DNA from: Elsinoe ampelina
Taxonomy: Eukaryota
NCBI GenBank assembly: GCA_010093995.1
Contig: ML992534.1
Coordinates: 1 to 47,627, forward strand
Length of the DNA: 47,627 nucleotides
Direction: 5' to 3'
Each line of letters begins with the position of its first letter. Positions within the stretch are counted from its first letter, which is position 1. This document shows, piece after piece, positions 25,623 to 36,751 of this stretch. A program made the position numbers and the translations under genes. Under the pieces are notes generated by a model that did not search any database, was not told the origin of the DNA, and saw only the letters and a list, made by a program, of their open reading frames with translations.

Positions 25623-27873
25623 CTAAAACCTCGGAACTGGCAAACAACCCGTCCTCTCATACGCACAAGCCGGTGTCAAAGCATCCAACGAAGTCAACAC
25701 TGTCGCCCCAGTCAAGCTGATACTATAATCCAATCCGACCGCCACAGCGCCCGAGATATCATAATTATCATAATCCAACAGAGCATCCGGTGTGTTTGCT
25801 ACCACCAGCATGATTTCCTGGCCCTGCAGCAGCTCGACGGCGATCTGCTGGGCGAAAACGTTGCCTGATCCTGTGGCCGTGGTATTCGAGAGCGGGGCGT
25901 ACTCCACTGTGTTGTCATTCGATCGCACAGCGAGGGTGGCGCTAAAAGTAGCCTTGCCGTCGACTCGGACCGTGATGCTTCCGTCGGCATTGTCGCTCGT
26001 GCGGTTCAATGGGATGATGTTGCTGCCCATGTACAAGGGCCTCTTGGCTTCCTGAACCCGCCATGTCCCGCTGCCTTCTGGGGTGGTGTTGTTGTAGTCT
26101 AGCTTGTTGCGTGTAACATTCCAGGTATATTGCCAGTAGTCGATGCCGAAATCCACAAAAGCCATGCGGGCCCAGTAGCGGGCGACCAGTCCCTGCGAAG
26201 TAAGGGGTGCGGCAATACGATTCAGAGTGTGGAAGGGGGTCTCGTTGGAATTGACCTTGTATTTCTGGAAGAGGTCCAGGACGATGTTCCAGCCGAGCTT
26301 CTTGTAACTGTCTGGATTCTCCGAAAGGTAGATGAGCCAGGGCCATGCTTGGTATTCGTTACCTTGTGGGGAGGCGTCGATGAGCGTCATGTATGATAGA
26401 CTGGTCTGGAAAGGTGGGTACCAGAGGTAGAGACCTGCGGTATAGTTGTAGGCGGCGCGAGATTCGGCGCACATCTCACTCTGCTCAAAGGTGAAACGGA
26501 CATATTGTGCAATGGTCTCGGACCACCCTTTTAGGCAAGGTTAGTACATGATTTTTTAGAGTGGGTTGGCTGCTCTTACCCATTGCTCGGCTCTGGTTCC
26601 AGAACTGGTATTGAGCGTATGTCATAACATGCCCGTACTCATGGACAGAGGTACCAGCATAGGGAACGACTTCCGGCAGCATGAAAAACAGTCCTAGACC
26701 TGTCTTCCAGTCACCAGTAGCTACACCAGAGGCTCCAGGTGATGGCTGATTGGGGGTGACGAACACGTTTGTCTTGTAGAATGGACCGTATTCTGGATCA
26801 TCGTAGATCGACACGCCAGGATTACGCCAGCCATGGACGTGGACGTAGCAGTTATAGGTAGCTTCGAGAATGTTCAGTCCTGCCTTGGTATCCTCTTCCG
26901 TGGAGTTCCAAATCAAGAAATGATCACTGCTGAATTGAGAAGAATTCCTGAAATCATAGTCCGGTAGTAAGAAGCTGCTCGGGTAAGGTGCGGCCGCGAA
27001 TACTGCAGGTGTGCCTCTGACCCTGGCCGAAACCGATGAGGTGGCTGATGCTGAGACAGTCGTGGTGGTGGTGGTGCGTCTCGTGGTCGTGGTGGTGGTG
27101 GAGGTCGTCGTCGAAGTGGCTGATGCTGAGACAGCCGTGGTGGTGGTGCGTCCCGTGGTAGTCGTGCTGGTGCTGGTGCTGGTGCTGGTCGTCGTCGTCG
27201 TAGTGGCTGATGTCGTGATGCTGGTCGAAGGGGCAAGTGAGCTGCTGTTGCTTGCTGCGGTTGCAGTAGAGATGCTGCTTGTGGTGGTCTCCGTAGAGAT
27301 GCTGCTTGTGGTGGTCTCCGTAGAAGTTGGCTGCGCAGCTGCTGAATCCGCAATGGAGAAGGTGCTTGAAGTTGTCTCGGTCGCGGAGATGCTGCTACTC
27401 TCTGATTGAGAAGCAGACTCCGAAGCTGATGTGGAGCTCGCCGCCTCAGTCTCACTGGACTGTGAAGTGGAGAGACTACTCGACGATTTCGGCTTTTGGC
27501 TAATTGTTGTACTCGTGGAGCTTGTCTTTGGCTTCTTCTTTCTGGTCGTGGTGGTCGTGGTGGTCGTTTTCCTCCGTCTCGTCGTGGTGGTTGTGGTTTT
27601 CTTCTTCTTTTTGGTCGTCTTTGGCTTTGTGACTTTCTTGGTTGTTTTCGGTTTTGTAACCTTTTTAGTGGTGGTCTTCTTCTTAGCTGCTCGAATGTAT
27701 GGTTCAAAGGCCGCGGCCGTAAACTCAGGCCCTGCTTCAAGCTTGGTTGTGACAGATGCTGTGGCGGCGGCATTAGGGCGTGTAAGCTTAGTGCCGGTTA
27801 TGACAGCACAGTCAGAATGTGCTGCTGCCCCGACTGCTAGCGCAGCGAAGCATGAGAAATGGAAAAAACGCAT
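25623..27873 (-). CDS. Secreted protein: polybasic/Thr-Ser mucin-like stalk + HExxH metallopeptidase-like domain (resembles the DUF6055-type fungal family); exons 27873-26580, 26527-25623
   Basis: Signal peptide MRFFHFSCFAALAVGAAA. Intron 26579-26528 (GTAAGA..CTAAC..AAG) joins the two track ORFs to give VHEYGHVMTY..GWSETIAQY, followed by YQAWPW..ENPD, NETPFHTL and RYWARMAFVD. The family name is from recall, not a search. Confidence 0.8.
27266..27324. repeat. Perfect 27-bp tandem repeat (2.2 copies) coding TETTTSSIS in the mucin-like stalk
   Basis: GTAGAGATGCTGCTTGTGGTGGTCTCC at 27266-27292 and 27293-27319, then GTAGA. Looser ~75-90-bp duplications begin with GTGGCTGATG near 27041, 27116 and 27204. 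Confidence 0.9.
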
Positions 27874-28768
27874 GTTTCGAGCTCGACGACAAATCCGCAC
27901 GTGTGAACTTGACAAGTGGGATTGAAACACACTCACCGGAGGATAACTCCCTACCTTTATACATTTGCACCACCAAAAACCTTTGTTAGTCCACAGATGC
28001 GTTGCGTGAACAGGTGAAGCGGCCGGTACAAACACAGATTAAGAGATTGTACAGAGACAAGGTCGTTGGCAGGTGCTGCTTGGCAGCGTGGAAGTCCATA
28101 CAAATGCGCAAGCCACAGTCTACTATTTGATTGTTTCGCTCATGTCCGGGCAAACAGTGGCAACGGCGGGGGAGCGTTTTGTCGATAGCCCCCTGGAATG
28201 CCGTGAAGAACATGGCAAAACGTTGCACTGTCGCGGCTTGGAAGACCCTACGAAAAGATAGCCGCCGTTCGACATCGTCGCATCCAGTGTAAGTTCTCGA
28301 AAAAGACGGTGACGGCGAACATGGTGGAGATGAGAAGGGAAGAAAATCCCATTGCCCCGACATGTCGGAGGAATGGTGGATAAAGGCGGTGTATGCTTTT
28401 TGCCGGACGCGTCCATTCTTGGGCCCAAGCCTGGATTCCTCCAACACCCGATCACTGTCGTCAGCTTCTTGTACCTTGACGTAAGGATCGTGCTATATTC
28501 TACATTGTGTGACCATGAAGTAGAGCTCTGCCACAAAAGGAAGTTTCGATGCCCAATAGAGGCACTGCATTTGCCGCGTGGCGCAAGCTGCAGCTGCAAT
28601 TCAGGCAAGCCAGGCATCATCCTCCAATGCAACCCGTCAAGCACTTCTAATATTTCTCTGTATACCTAGCGTGATGTCTTCCGCCTAGATCAGCCATGTT
28701 CAAGCAGGCAGGGTCGAGGAGGTTTTCACCGACGACGAGGCAGACTCGGACCATGAACATCGTCAACG

Positions 28769-30473
28769 CAGGGTGGCAATGTCGAAAGAATCGGGTCACT
28801 CAATACTCCGCCGCGGCCTTTACTTACTGCCCTAGCGAATTTGAAGGCTCACCATTTAGTCAATGATCCGGACTACCACAACTTCATCTTTGATGCAATC
28901 AACAAAAGCAAGCATGCCACAAAGTCATTCGGCCGGCTGCCACTATGAGCGACAGATACCACTCTACCGTCGCCACAGATCAGCTGTAAAGCCCGTCGAT
29001 CAGTCCAGACACAGATGTCTTGGTCGCTCGGGCTGACCGAGTATATACCATGCCCGAGGCCTTCTATGGTATGATTGCCTCTGGCAACGTTGTTGTCAAG
29101 GACGGGTCGACAAGGGACAGGCTCGGTCAAGAACTGGGTGCGTTGTGCTTTGAGATGGAGGCAGCTGGCTTGATGCAAGACTTTTCCTGTCTTGTGATTC
29201 GAGGCATCTGCGATTATGCGGACCGCCATAAGAACAAAGAATGGCAGGACTACGCATCGATCGTTGCTGCGGTCTTCACCAAAGAACTACTAGGCCATGT
29301 CCCTGCACGCCTTGAGTACCAGAAACTGGCAGCAGAACTATGTCGTTGGTAGAGTCTGGGAACCGAGAGAAATACACCGAGCTGACGAAGACTCATTAGA
29401 CGACATAGCCAAGGAGCTTCGTACCATCGGCACCGAGCTCCGGCCAAGCCGTGCTCAGCAAGCAGACTGTTATGATGAGTGAGAGACCAAGTCTTGCGAC
29501 GACGGGACGTCCAGATGTCATCAAATGTTCAAGACCTCAAATTACCGCCAATTCAAGAACATCAATCCGTTTCGCGCACAAGATACTTGTCGTCGGGTCT
29601 TGGAACATGCTGCATTCTTGTCTTGGAGTGACGATAACCGAGGCGGTGTGCTTTGGGTGACTGCCGATCCTGGAGGAGGCAAGTCAGTACTTTGCAAATC
29701 TCTGGTGGATGCGGACCTTCGACTAGTTCACAGATCAGGGATGAATATCTGTCATTTCTTCTTCAAGAACAACGACCAGCAGGACAGACTTGAGATTGCG
29801 CTGGCTGCGGTATTGCATCAGCTTTTCGAACAGGCTCCAGAGATAATCAGAACGGCTCTACCACGATGGAGATCGAATGGTGCACAATTGGTTTAGGAAA
29901 GCACGGCGCTCTGGGACATGTTGATGGAAGCTTGCATCGTCTCTACCGCGGCGGATGTAATGACCCTCAGCGTTTTTGATGCTTTGGACGAATGCAGGCA
30001 GAATGACCGCTACAAACTGATACAATCAGTAGAGGTGCTTTATTTCGACAACCATAAGCGAGCTGGGTTGTTACCGCTCCGGGTCCTATGTACAAGCCGA
30101 CCTTACGCAGACATCGACCAACGTTTCCAGTCGTTGATTCGCCATTTCCCGAAGGTCCGTTTGAGAGGGGAGCTTGAAGGTGATGCCATCAGCCAGGAGA
30201 TCAACATTGTCGTTCATGCACGAATGCTTGAACTTCGGCGGAAATACAGGCTGAGCGCCTCGGAAGTGGCTTTCATCGAAAACAGACTCCGAAGCGTGGA
30301 ACATCGAACCTATCTCTGGCTCCATCTGGCTTTTTCTTAAATTCGAGTCTCGAATAGTCCAACGCATGCGGCCTGATGAGCTCCACTTTGATATGGTTCC
30401 AAGCTCCGTAGAGGACGCATACGAGCGGATATTGACCAACCGGAACATCTACTTTGCCCGAGATTGGAGTTGA
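28769..30473 (+). pseudogene. Decayed NLR-like gene: partial PNP_UDP nucleoside phosphorylase domain + NACHT NTPase, no C-terminal repeat domain
   Basis: PNP motifs GSLNTPP, GMIASGN, CFEMEAAGLM and VIRGICDYADRHKNKEWQ; P-loop LWVTADPGGGKS; Walker B FDALDEC; TSRPY; RTYLW. In-frame stops at 29480-82, 29894-96 and 30338-40, frameshifts near 28950-29000 and 30360, and a probable intron at 29345-29399. Confidence 0.88.
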
Positions 30474-30647
30474 AAACCTCGAGCGACTGCCAGGCTGAAG
30501 GCATATGTGTCTTGACTTATTAAGGGCTTACCCTTGATATCGACTATCTCTAGGACATTCTGAGCAACGGCGATGTGCTCGACACTTGGTCTCTGCGTCT
30601 GCCAGCGTATATGAGCGTCCCGTGTCGTGTCCAAGCTTCTACTCCTG

Positions 30648-32267
30648 CTATACTCTTCGCCCATTGAGCCAAGTCCCGACCACATTCGCCTCTCTCATCC
30701 CCGAGGCGCTCCAGTCAACATCAAGCACCACAAAGTCCGCCTTCATACCAGGTTTCAAGCTCCCCACCATTCCCTCTTGAAACGTCCCAAACGCCGCCCC
30801 CCTCGTCGACGCAGCCAACGCACTCGCCAGACTCAACTTCCACTCCTCCTTGAACCCCCGAGGAGCCCTCAGCCCTTCCTGCCTGGCACTCTTCCTCGTA
30901 GTGGCGACATACATATTCTTCAACGGATCCCAAGGTGCCGTCCGACTATCACTCCCCATCGCCAGTGTCGCTCCCCCTCTTTCGAAGTCAGCGTAGGCAA
31001 AAGCACGACTACATCTGTGCTCTCCGATCAGCTTGGGCCAGGCGCGGAGGATAGCTGGATCGGCGTGGACAGGCTGGATGGAGGCAGTGATGCCTAGCTT
31101 CCCGAGCCGAGCGGCGTCTTCTGGGGAGGTGAGCTCGAGGTGCTCGATGCGGTGGCGGCGATCGCCGGTGTTGGTGGGATCGCCGTGCGCTTCGAGGGCG
31201 TCAATGGCCATTTTGACGGTGTGGTCGCCGATGGCGTGAAGTGCGATTTGTAGGCCAGATTGAGCGGCGTGAACGACGACGGCTTCGAGGTGCGGCTTGG
31301 TCCAGAGAGGTAAGACGAGGGAGGTCATGGCTGCGTAGGTGGAAGAGAGGGCGGCGGTGCAGGCGTCCACGGTGCCGTCGAGGATCAGCTTGATGCCTAC
31401 TACTCGCATATCTGGGGATGTGGTGGAGTTGTATTGTTTTGCAAGCGCGGCGGCGCGGTCGACTTGTAAGAGGAGAGAGGGGATGTCAGCGGCGGGCCTG
31501 ATGAGCCAGTATGCTGAAATATGGATTGGGAGAGGAGATGTTTGCTGGAGGGAGAGAAGAGCTTCCCACGCATACTCGTCCATAGCCATTTCGGTCACGC
31601 CGGTATAGCCGGACCTGGTGTAGGCAGAGATGGCCGACAGAATGGCTTCCTTACGCTGTTCCAGAGAGGAAGATGCGGAGAGGAATGGCCAGATGAGGTT
31701 CAGAACTGCAGCTTCACTCAGAAGCCCTGTAGCGTCACCTGCCGAGTCACGGTGGATGACACCGCCGGGTGGATCAGGCATATCTTTGAGGTCAAGCTCC
31801 TTCAAAGCTGCTGTGTTGCACCAAGCTTGATGGAGGCCGTTTGAATCGATGAAGATAGGGCGTGGGTCGAGATCATCCAGCATGCTTCTGTTGGCATGAC
31901 CCTCCACGCTACTTTCCAGCCAGCCCTTGCACATGATGCGGGGCAGATCCGGATGTTCTGTAGCATGTTGCTTGATCGATGCTCGTATATCACCAAGCGA
32001 TCGGCACTTTGACAAGTCGAGCTTGGTGAGGGATTGGCCGAGGAGCAGGAGATGCATGTGGCCGTCGATGAAACCAGGTACAATCACTTTTCCGTTCATG
32101 GTCACGACCTCTGCATTGTCTTCTACAGGCGGCTTCAAGGAGTCGTCTTCATTTCCGATCCATGATATGTTGCCATCCGTTACGACCATGCAGTCCACGA
32201 ACCGCTCTTTGGTTGAAGCTCCCTCCCCATCTAGTATCACAAATTTACCATTAGTCAAGACCTTCAT
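30648..32267 (-). CDS. Amidohydrolase family 3 (YtcJ-like) metal-dependent hydrolase
   Basis: PGFIDGHMH, LHAIGD, RHRIEH, GSD and GSLKPGMKADFVVLD motifs; intronless. Start is at ATG 32267 or 32294. Confidence 0.9.
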   Translation of the reverse strand: MKVLTNGKFVILDGEGASTKERFVDCMVVTDGNISWIGNEDDSLKPPVEDNAEVVTMNGKVIVPGFIDGHMHLLLLGQSLTKLDLSKCRSLGDIRASIKQHATEHPDLPRIMCKGWLESSVEGHANRSMLDDLDPRPIFIDSNGLHQAWCNTAALKELDLKDMPDPPGGVIHRDSAGDATGLLSEAAVLNLIWPFLSASSSLEQRKEAILSAISAYTRSGYTGVTEMAMDEYAWEALLSLQQTSPLPIHISAYWLIRPAADIPSLLLQVDRAAALAKQYNSTTSPDMRVVGIKLILDGTVDACTAALSSTYAAMTSLVLPLWTKPHLEAVVVHAAQSGLQIALHAIGDHTVKMAIDALEAHGDPTNTGDRRHRIEHLELTSPEDAARLGKLGITASIQPVHADPAILRAWPKLIGEHRCSRAFAYADFERGGATLAMGSDSRTAPWDPLKNMYVATTRKSARQEGLRAPRGFKEEWKLSLASALAASTRGAAFGTFQEGMVGSLKPGMKADFVVLDVDWSASGMREANVVGTWLNGRRV

Positions 32268-32648
32268 GGGCTGCAGCTGTGATGAGTGAAGCATTTCCTA
32301 GATAGGGGCGAGCAATGATGAGCCCGACGGAATCTCCTATAAAGAGTCTCACCGCATCTGTAATTTCGAATGTGGATGCTCGTGGAACAGCATCGCACAA
32401 ACTCCGATGTCGGGGGTGAAGCTTCTTGGCCTTTTGCTTCGTCTTTGACAATATCGTTCAGCTCGTGCATCACAATAGAGCTTATCATGCAATGTGGAAC
32501 TAACATTGGATGTGACAGCGGACCTGTCCTATCGAAGGTTCCATGGCCGTGTTGTACGACGAGCATGCCACTCCATCTCGTGGTAACGCATTCTCAGAGG
32601 GCATAGAGAATATTGGATCTTCAAACGCCATGAGCGCCACGCTGACTA

Positions 32649-32780
32649 CCGAGATTTTCAGGTTGTCAGTCGTGTTCTGCGCGCTAAAAATTGCTCTTTT
32701 CCCCGCAAAACTTGGTCTCTAAAGGCAAAATTAAACGAATTCTGCGCGACGAAACACGACTGACAACCTGAAAATCTCGG
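32649..32780. mobile_element. 132-bp MITE of the Tc1/mariner superfamily type (28-bp perfect TIRs, TA target-site duplication)
   Basis: CCGAGATTTTCAGGTTGTCAGTCGTGTT at 32649-32676 and its exact reverse complement at 32753-32780, flanked by TA at 32647-48 and 32781-82. The interior is non-coding and A/T-rich. Confidence 0.88.
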
Positions 32781-34194
32781 TAAGTTACCCTTGATTTACC
32801 AAGCAGGGACCATGACATATTATCTTACTCGAGCAGAGCCGTCCTGGCATCCGGACTGACGGTCGCGTTTGATCCACGCGGATCAGTGACTGCAACTTGC
32901 GCCCTCTCCTCTCATAAAAGGACGCAGACTCCCACAATAATACCTGGTTGAGTCTTCGATAGATACTCCCATAATCTCATTTTGCTTGGTGGGTCTGGAG
33001 ATCGGTACATGTCCACGCCTGGTGGGGACAGCGACTCAGGCACCAAAAGCCTTTCATTCATTGCAATTTCCAACCCTCAGCTTTCTCTCCACCAACAGCG
33101 ACAACGCGAGCAAGCCTGGATCGATAACGCTGCAGCTTTGAGACACTTGCTACGATGGCAAATTCATTCCATGATTGATTCTACCCATTCACAAGGCATA
33201 CATGTCTGGGTCAGAATCGTGAAAGCCTCGCTCATCTCCGAGATCTGGTGTTGTCCGCCTCACACCCACTTGGTCAAAGTCTATGGCCCGCTGTAAGCGA
33301 ATCTTGAAACACAGCCTTGACATCCTGACCAATTCCAACCGCGCCCTGAGCCAGAAGCGATAGTAACTTAGAGCCTACCCGATATGCAACTGGGCAGGAC
33401 TTCCACTACATCTTCATGCAAGACTACGGAGAATTCAAATCGGTTGCTCGACGTCACAAGGTTCGACCAGGATTGCAAGAATGCCTCGGTCTGGCCTTCT
33501 CCGCATCAAGATGGTCTGGGGAATCAAGCTTCCAAGGTCATCTTGCATGAAGCATGACTTTGCATCTTCTCCCCCGCCGGCGCCCTCCTCGTGGATACCA
33601 AGCGAGGTCAGAGGCTTGACCATGTTCCGTCAATGATCCTCGGATCCGTCGTCTTGGCATGGCGCTGGAGGCGGAGAATTCTTTCATGCACATCACATAC
33701 AGTACAGTACACATGCACGCCCAATGCACATCCCCGCTCCGCCATGGTAGGATGTTGCTCATTTCCCTCGGTGCAGGTCGGGACCAATCTCGCTACACAG
33801 CGCTACAGAATCAGGAGATCCATACCGTCACGCTGAGACGCGCTCGCCTGATAGGTCCACCATCGAGTCTGGGCATTCCCATCCATGCTTGCATCCTCCT
33901 ATACCACTGCTGACAATCAGAAGAAACTTTCCTCCTCCAATCGGACCCACTGCTGCCGCCGTCACGGTCCCTTTGGAGGTCTGTCACATTGCTGTCTTTG
34001 TAATGGCCAGATGTGGACATGACTCTCGAAGCACTCGAGCGAGCAAATCGCTCACTCACATGTCTCTGATATAAGAAGGTCTTACATTCCAGCCCTTGGT
34101 AGGTCAATCGTGCTTGTTGATCAATCGCAATCTTTGCCCTGGCTTACCTTTCTATCAACCCTTCTTACTATATTCCAACCCTAAGACTATCGAC

Positions 34195-35076
34195 ATGCTT
34201 GCCGGAAAAGCTCTCGGTCTTCTGGCCCTGGTGTCGGGTGCCATTGCCTGCAAGGGATACACAGGTGGTGTGCCAAAGGCTACCTCTACCAAGACCAACT
34301 CAAAAGTCATCGAGGTCAAGGCCGGCCAGGTCTTCGATGGTGGCTGGGCCAGGTACGACCGTGGCAGCGGTGCTTGCACTGAGCAAGCCGAGGGAGGTGA
34401 GCAGAATGCATCCTGCTAGCAGTTCCACATGAAACTGACTTGCTTGCCAGGTGATGCCGACGCGGTCTTTTTGCTCAGAGCTGGTGCTACCCTCCGCAAC
34501 GTCATCATTGGGAAGAACCAAGCAGAGGGCGTTCACTGTGATGGTCACTGCAATCTTGAGGTATGATTGCTACTTGACGCTGATGCCTGCGACATCCTCT
34601 GAGTCCAAATCTAGTTTGTGTGGTTCGAAGACGTCTGCGAAGACGCCATTACCATCAAGAATGATGTCGCCGGTGCCCAGACCTGGATCGTAGGTGGCGG
34701 TGCCTACCACGCCTCGGACAAGGTCGTCCAACACAACGGCTGCGGTACCGTCAACATCATCAACTTCTACGTTGAAGACTATGGCAAGCTATACAGGTCA
34801 TGCGGAAACGTAAGTCACTCCTGGATCATGAACATCATGTTGCCTCAACCAAGTTTGCTCACAATTGCTACCCAGTGTTCCAAGCAATGCAAGCGCAACG
34901 TCTACATCGAGGGCGTCACGGCCAAGAACGGTGGTGAACTCGCCGGCATCAACTTCAACTATGGCGACACCGCTACCCTCAAGAATGTCTGCTCCGATGC
35001 GAAGACCAAGTGCCAGGGCTACACTGGCTGCGCTGGAGGCTGCGAGCCGAAGAAGGCAGGGACCTGCTCTGGCTAG
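34195..35076 (+). CDS. Secreted pectate lyase, PL3; exons 34195-34396, 34451-34560, 34615-34809, 34876-35076
   Basis: Signal peptide, [47 protein letters not shown] and GINFNYGD motifs. Three canonical introns. Confidence 0.95.
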
Positions 35077-36751
35077 ACGTCATTGGACACTCCGACACAC
35101 CACATGCAGAAAGGAAGACGAACCAGTGGAGGTCGGACATTCATGTACAGAGTTGACAGACTTCTTGATCGAGGCGATACATACTTTGCTTACGGAGCTA
35201 CAGCTCGTGGCCTGTCGTGCACATCACAATCTTGGCTTTGCATGTAACCCAATCTCGTGTCAGTCTTGCCAACCCAAGCAAAAATGGTAGAGCCTGCCGG
35301 TCTTCTTCCTGCACAATGATTGCACCGACGATGATGTTGATCTATCCCAATGACAATGTCGATTTGGAATAAACCCGGCTTACAATACGGGTGGGGCATG
35401 TACGTTGCTGGCGAACGCGTGGGAATAACAGACGGCCACTCCTTCTGTACGACTTGGTAGGACATGGCATGTCGTAAAGTCACCTCCTGAGCAAGGCGGT
35501 ACCTTAAGATAGTCATCGCCAAGGTCAACGAGCCGCCTCACGACATCCGGTCCACTCTCCATCTGCGAATGAGGTCAGGTAGGCGACAAGCCGAAAGATC
35601 TCCACCGTGAAGCGAGCGAAGTCAACGTCGCCACAGATCTCCCAAACGGTCGTCCCACAAACCGCTTCCGTGGGCTCTCCTGACTCGACTTGGAAGTGCG
35701 AGCAGCTTTTGGGATGACGATCAGGGATGGGGCCGACGAACAGGGCATCGGGGAAGCGATTCGCGCATGAGATCGACAAGTGCACGTTCGCAAAAAGCGG
35801 TGATGCTCGCTGCGGCTGATCCGGGAGACTGGTAGTAGTGGTCACGCATTTCTGCGGCCCCGCTTCAGCTTACAGAAAGCGGGGACAATACAGATCACGA
35901 GAGCCGCAACAGCTTTTCCTGCACGAAAAACAGGTCTATCGAAGGCAAATACAAAGACAAGAGGCCGGGAATCGCGACATCAGTGGCGCCACCGTGAACG
36001 CCCAACCGCGGTATCTTGATGGCTTGATGCTCTTCCGGGCGACTGCCGAGAGAGTTCGGTGAGGGTTCGCTGCAGATCGCCCAGTGTGGCGCCCGCTCGA
36101 GAAGTGTCTTTTCTCTGTTTGTCTTTTTTTTCCCCATCTCGTATGGCAGCGACCCGTCTGATGGATCTCACTTGCGATGCAAATGCAACAAGGATGGCAC
36201 TGACAGGGAGAAGATGGGTATATCCATGCAGCACGGTATGCATTGGCAACGTTCTTCGCCTCCAAGATGCTCGACAGGTCTACGCGATTCTGTGCCACTC
36301 TCAAATTCACGTTCCCTTGCAACGTATTTCCGAGGTGTGGTCAGACCCTCAAAGTCAAGCCACCTCACTGTAACCCCCTCCCACTCTTTGGTTCGACCAA
36401 CCAATGTCCATCACGCTCTCTTCTCGTCACAATGGCAGTGGCCATTCTACCGGCGGTTCGTCCCCGCGCCATCCTACTTCATCTGCGCAGAGTCAATACT
36501 TTTAGACTCGATACCAAGAACGGCTGGATCCATCCTTTTGTCGTTTCCAAGCGGCCATACACGCCACTCCGGAGCATGCTTCTCACTCTTCAGCTCGTCC
36601 AAACAGGAAGTTGCTCTGCCCATCGCGTGTGACTGACTGTCATGGCTTGAGGTACACCCTGTTTAGCCCTATCCGTTGGGCTTCTCCCGTAAGTATATAG
36701 CTTGGACGTGTCCCGCTCCTCAACATCCTGCCATCCTCAAGCACATCCAAC

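Noticed and set aside
27011..27925. Poly-Val hydrophobic ORFs on the + strand that look like membrane proteins
   Set aside because: They are the reverse complement of the Thr/Lys-rich stalk codons.
35190..36640. Cluster of 70-150-aa ORFs between the pectate lyase and GMC genes
   Set aside because: No family motifs and mutually overlapping frames; treated as intergenic.
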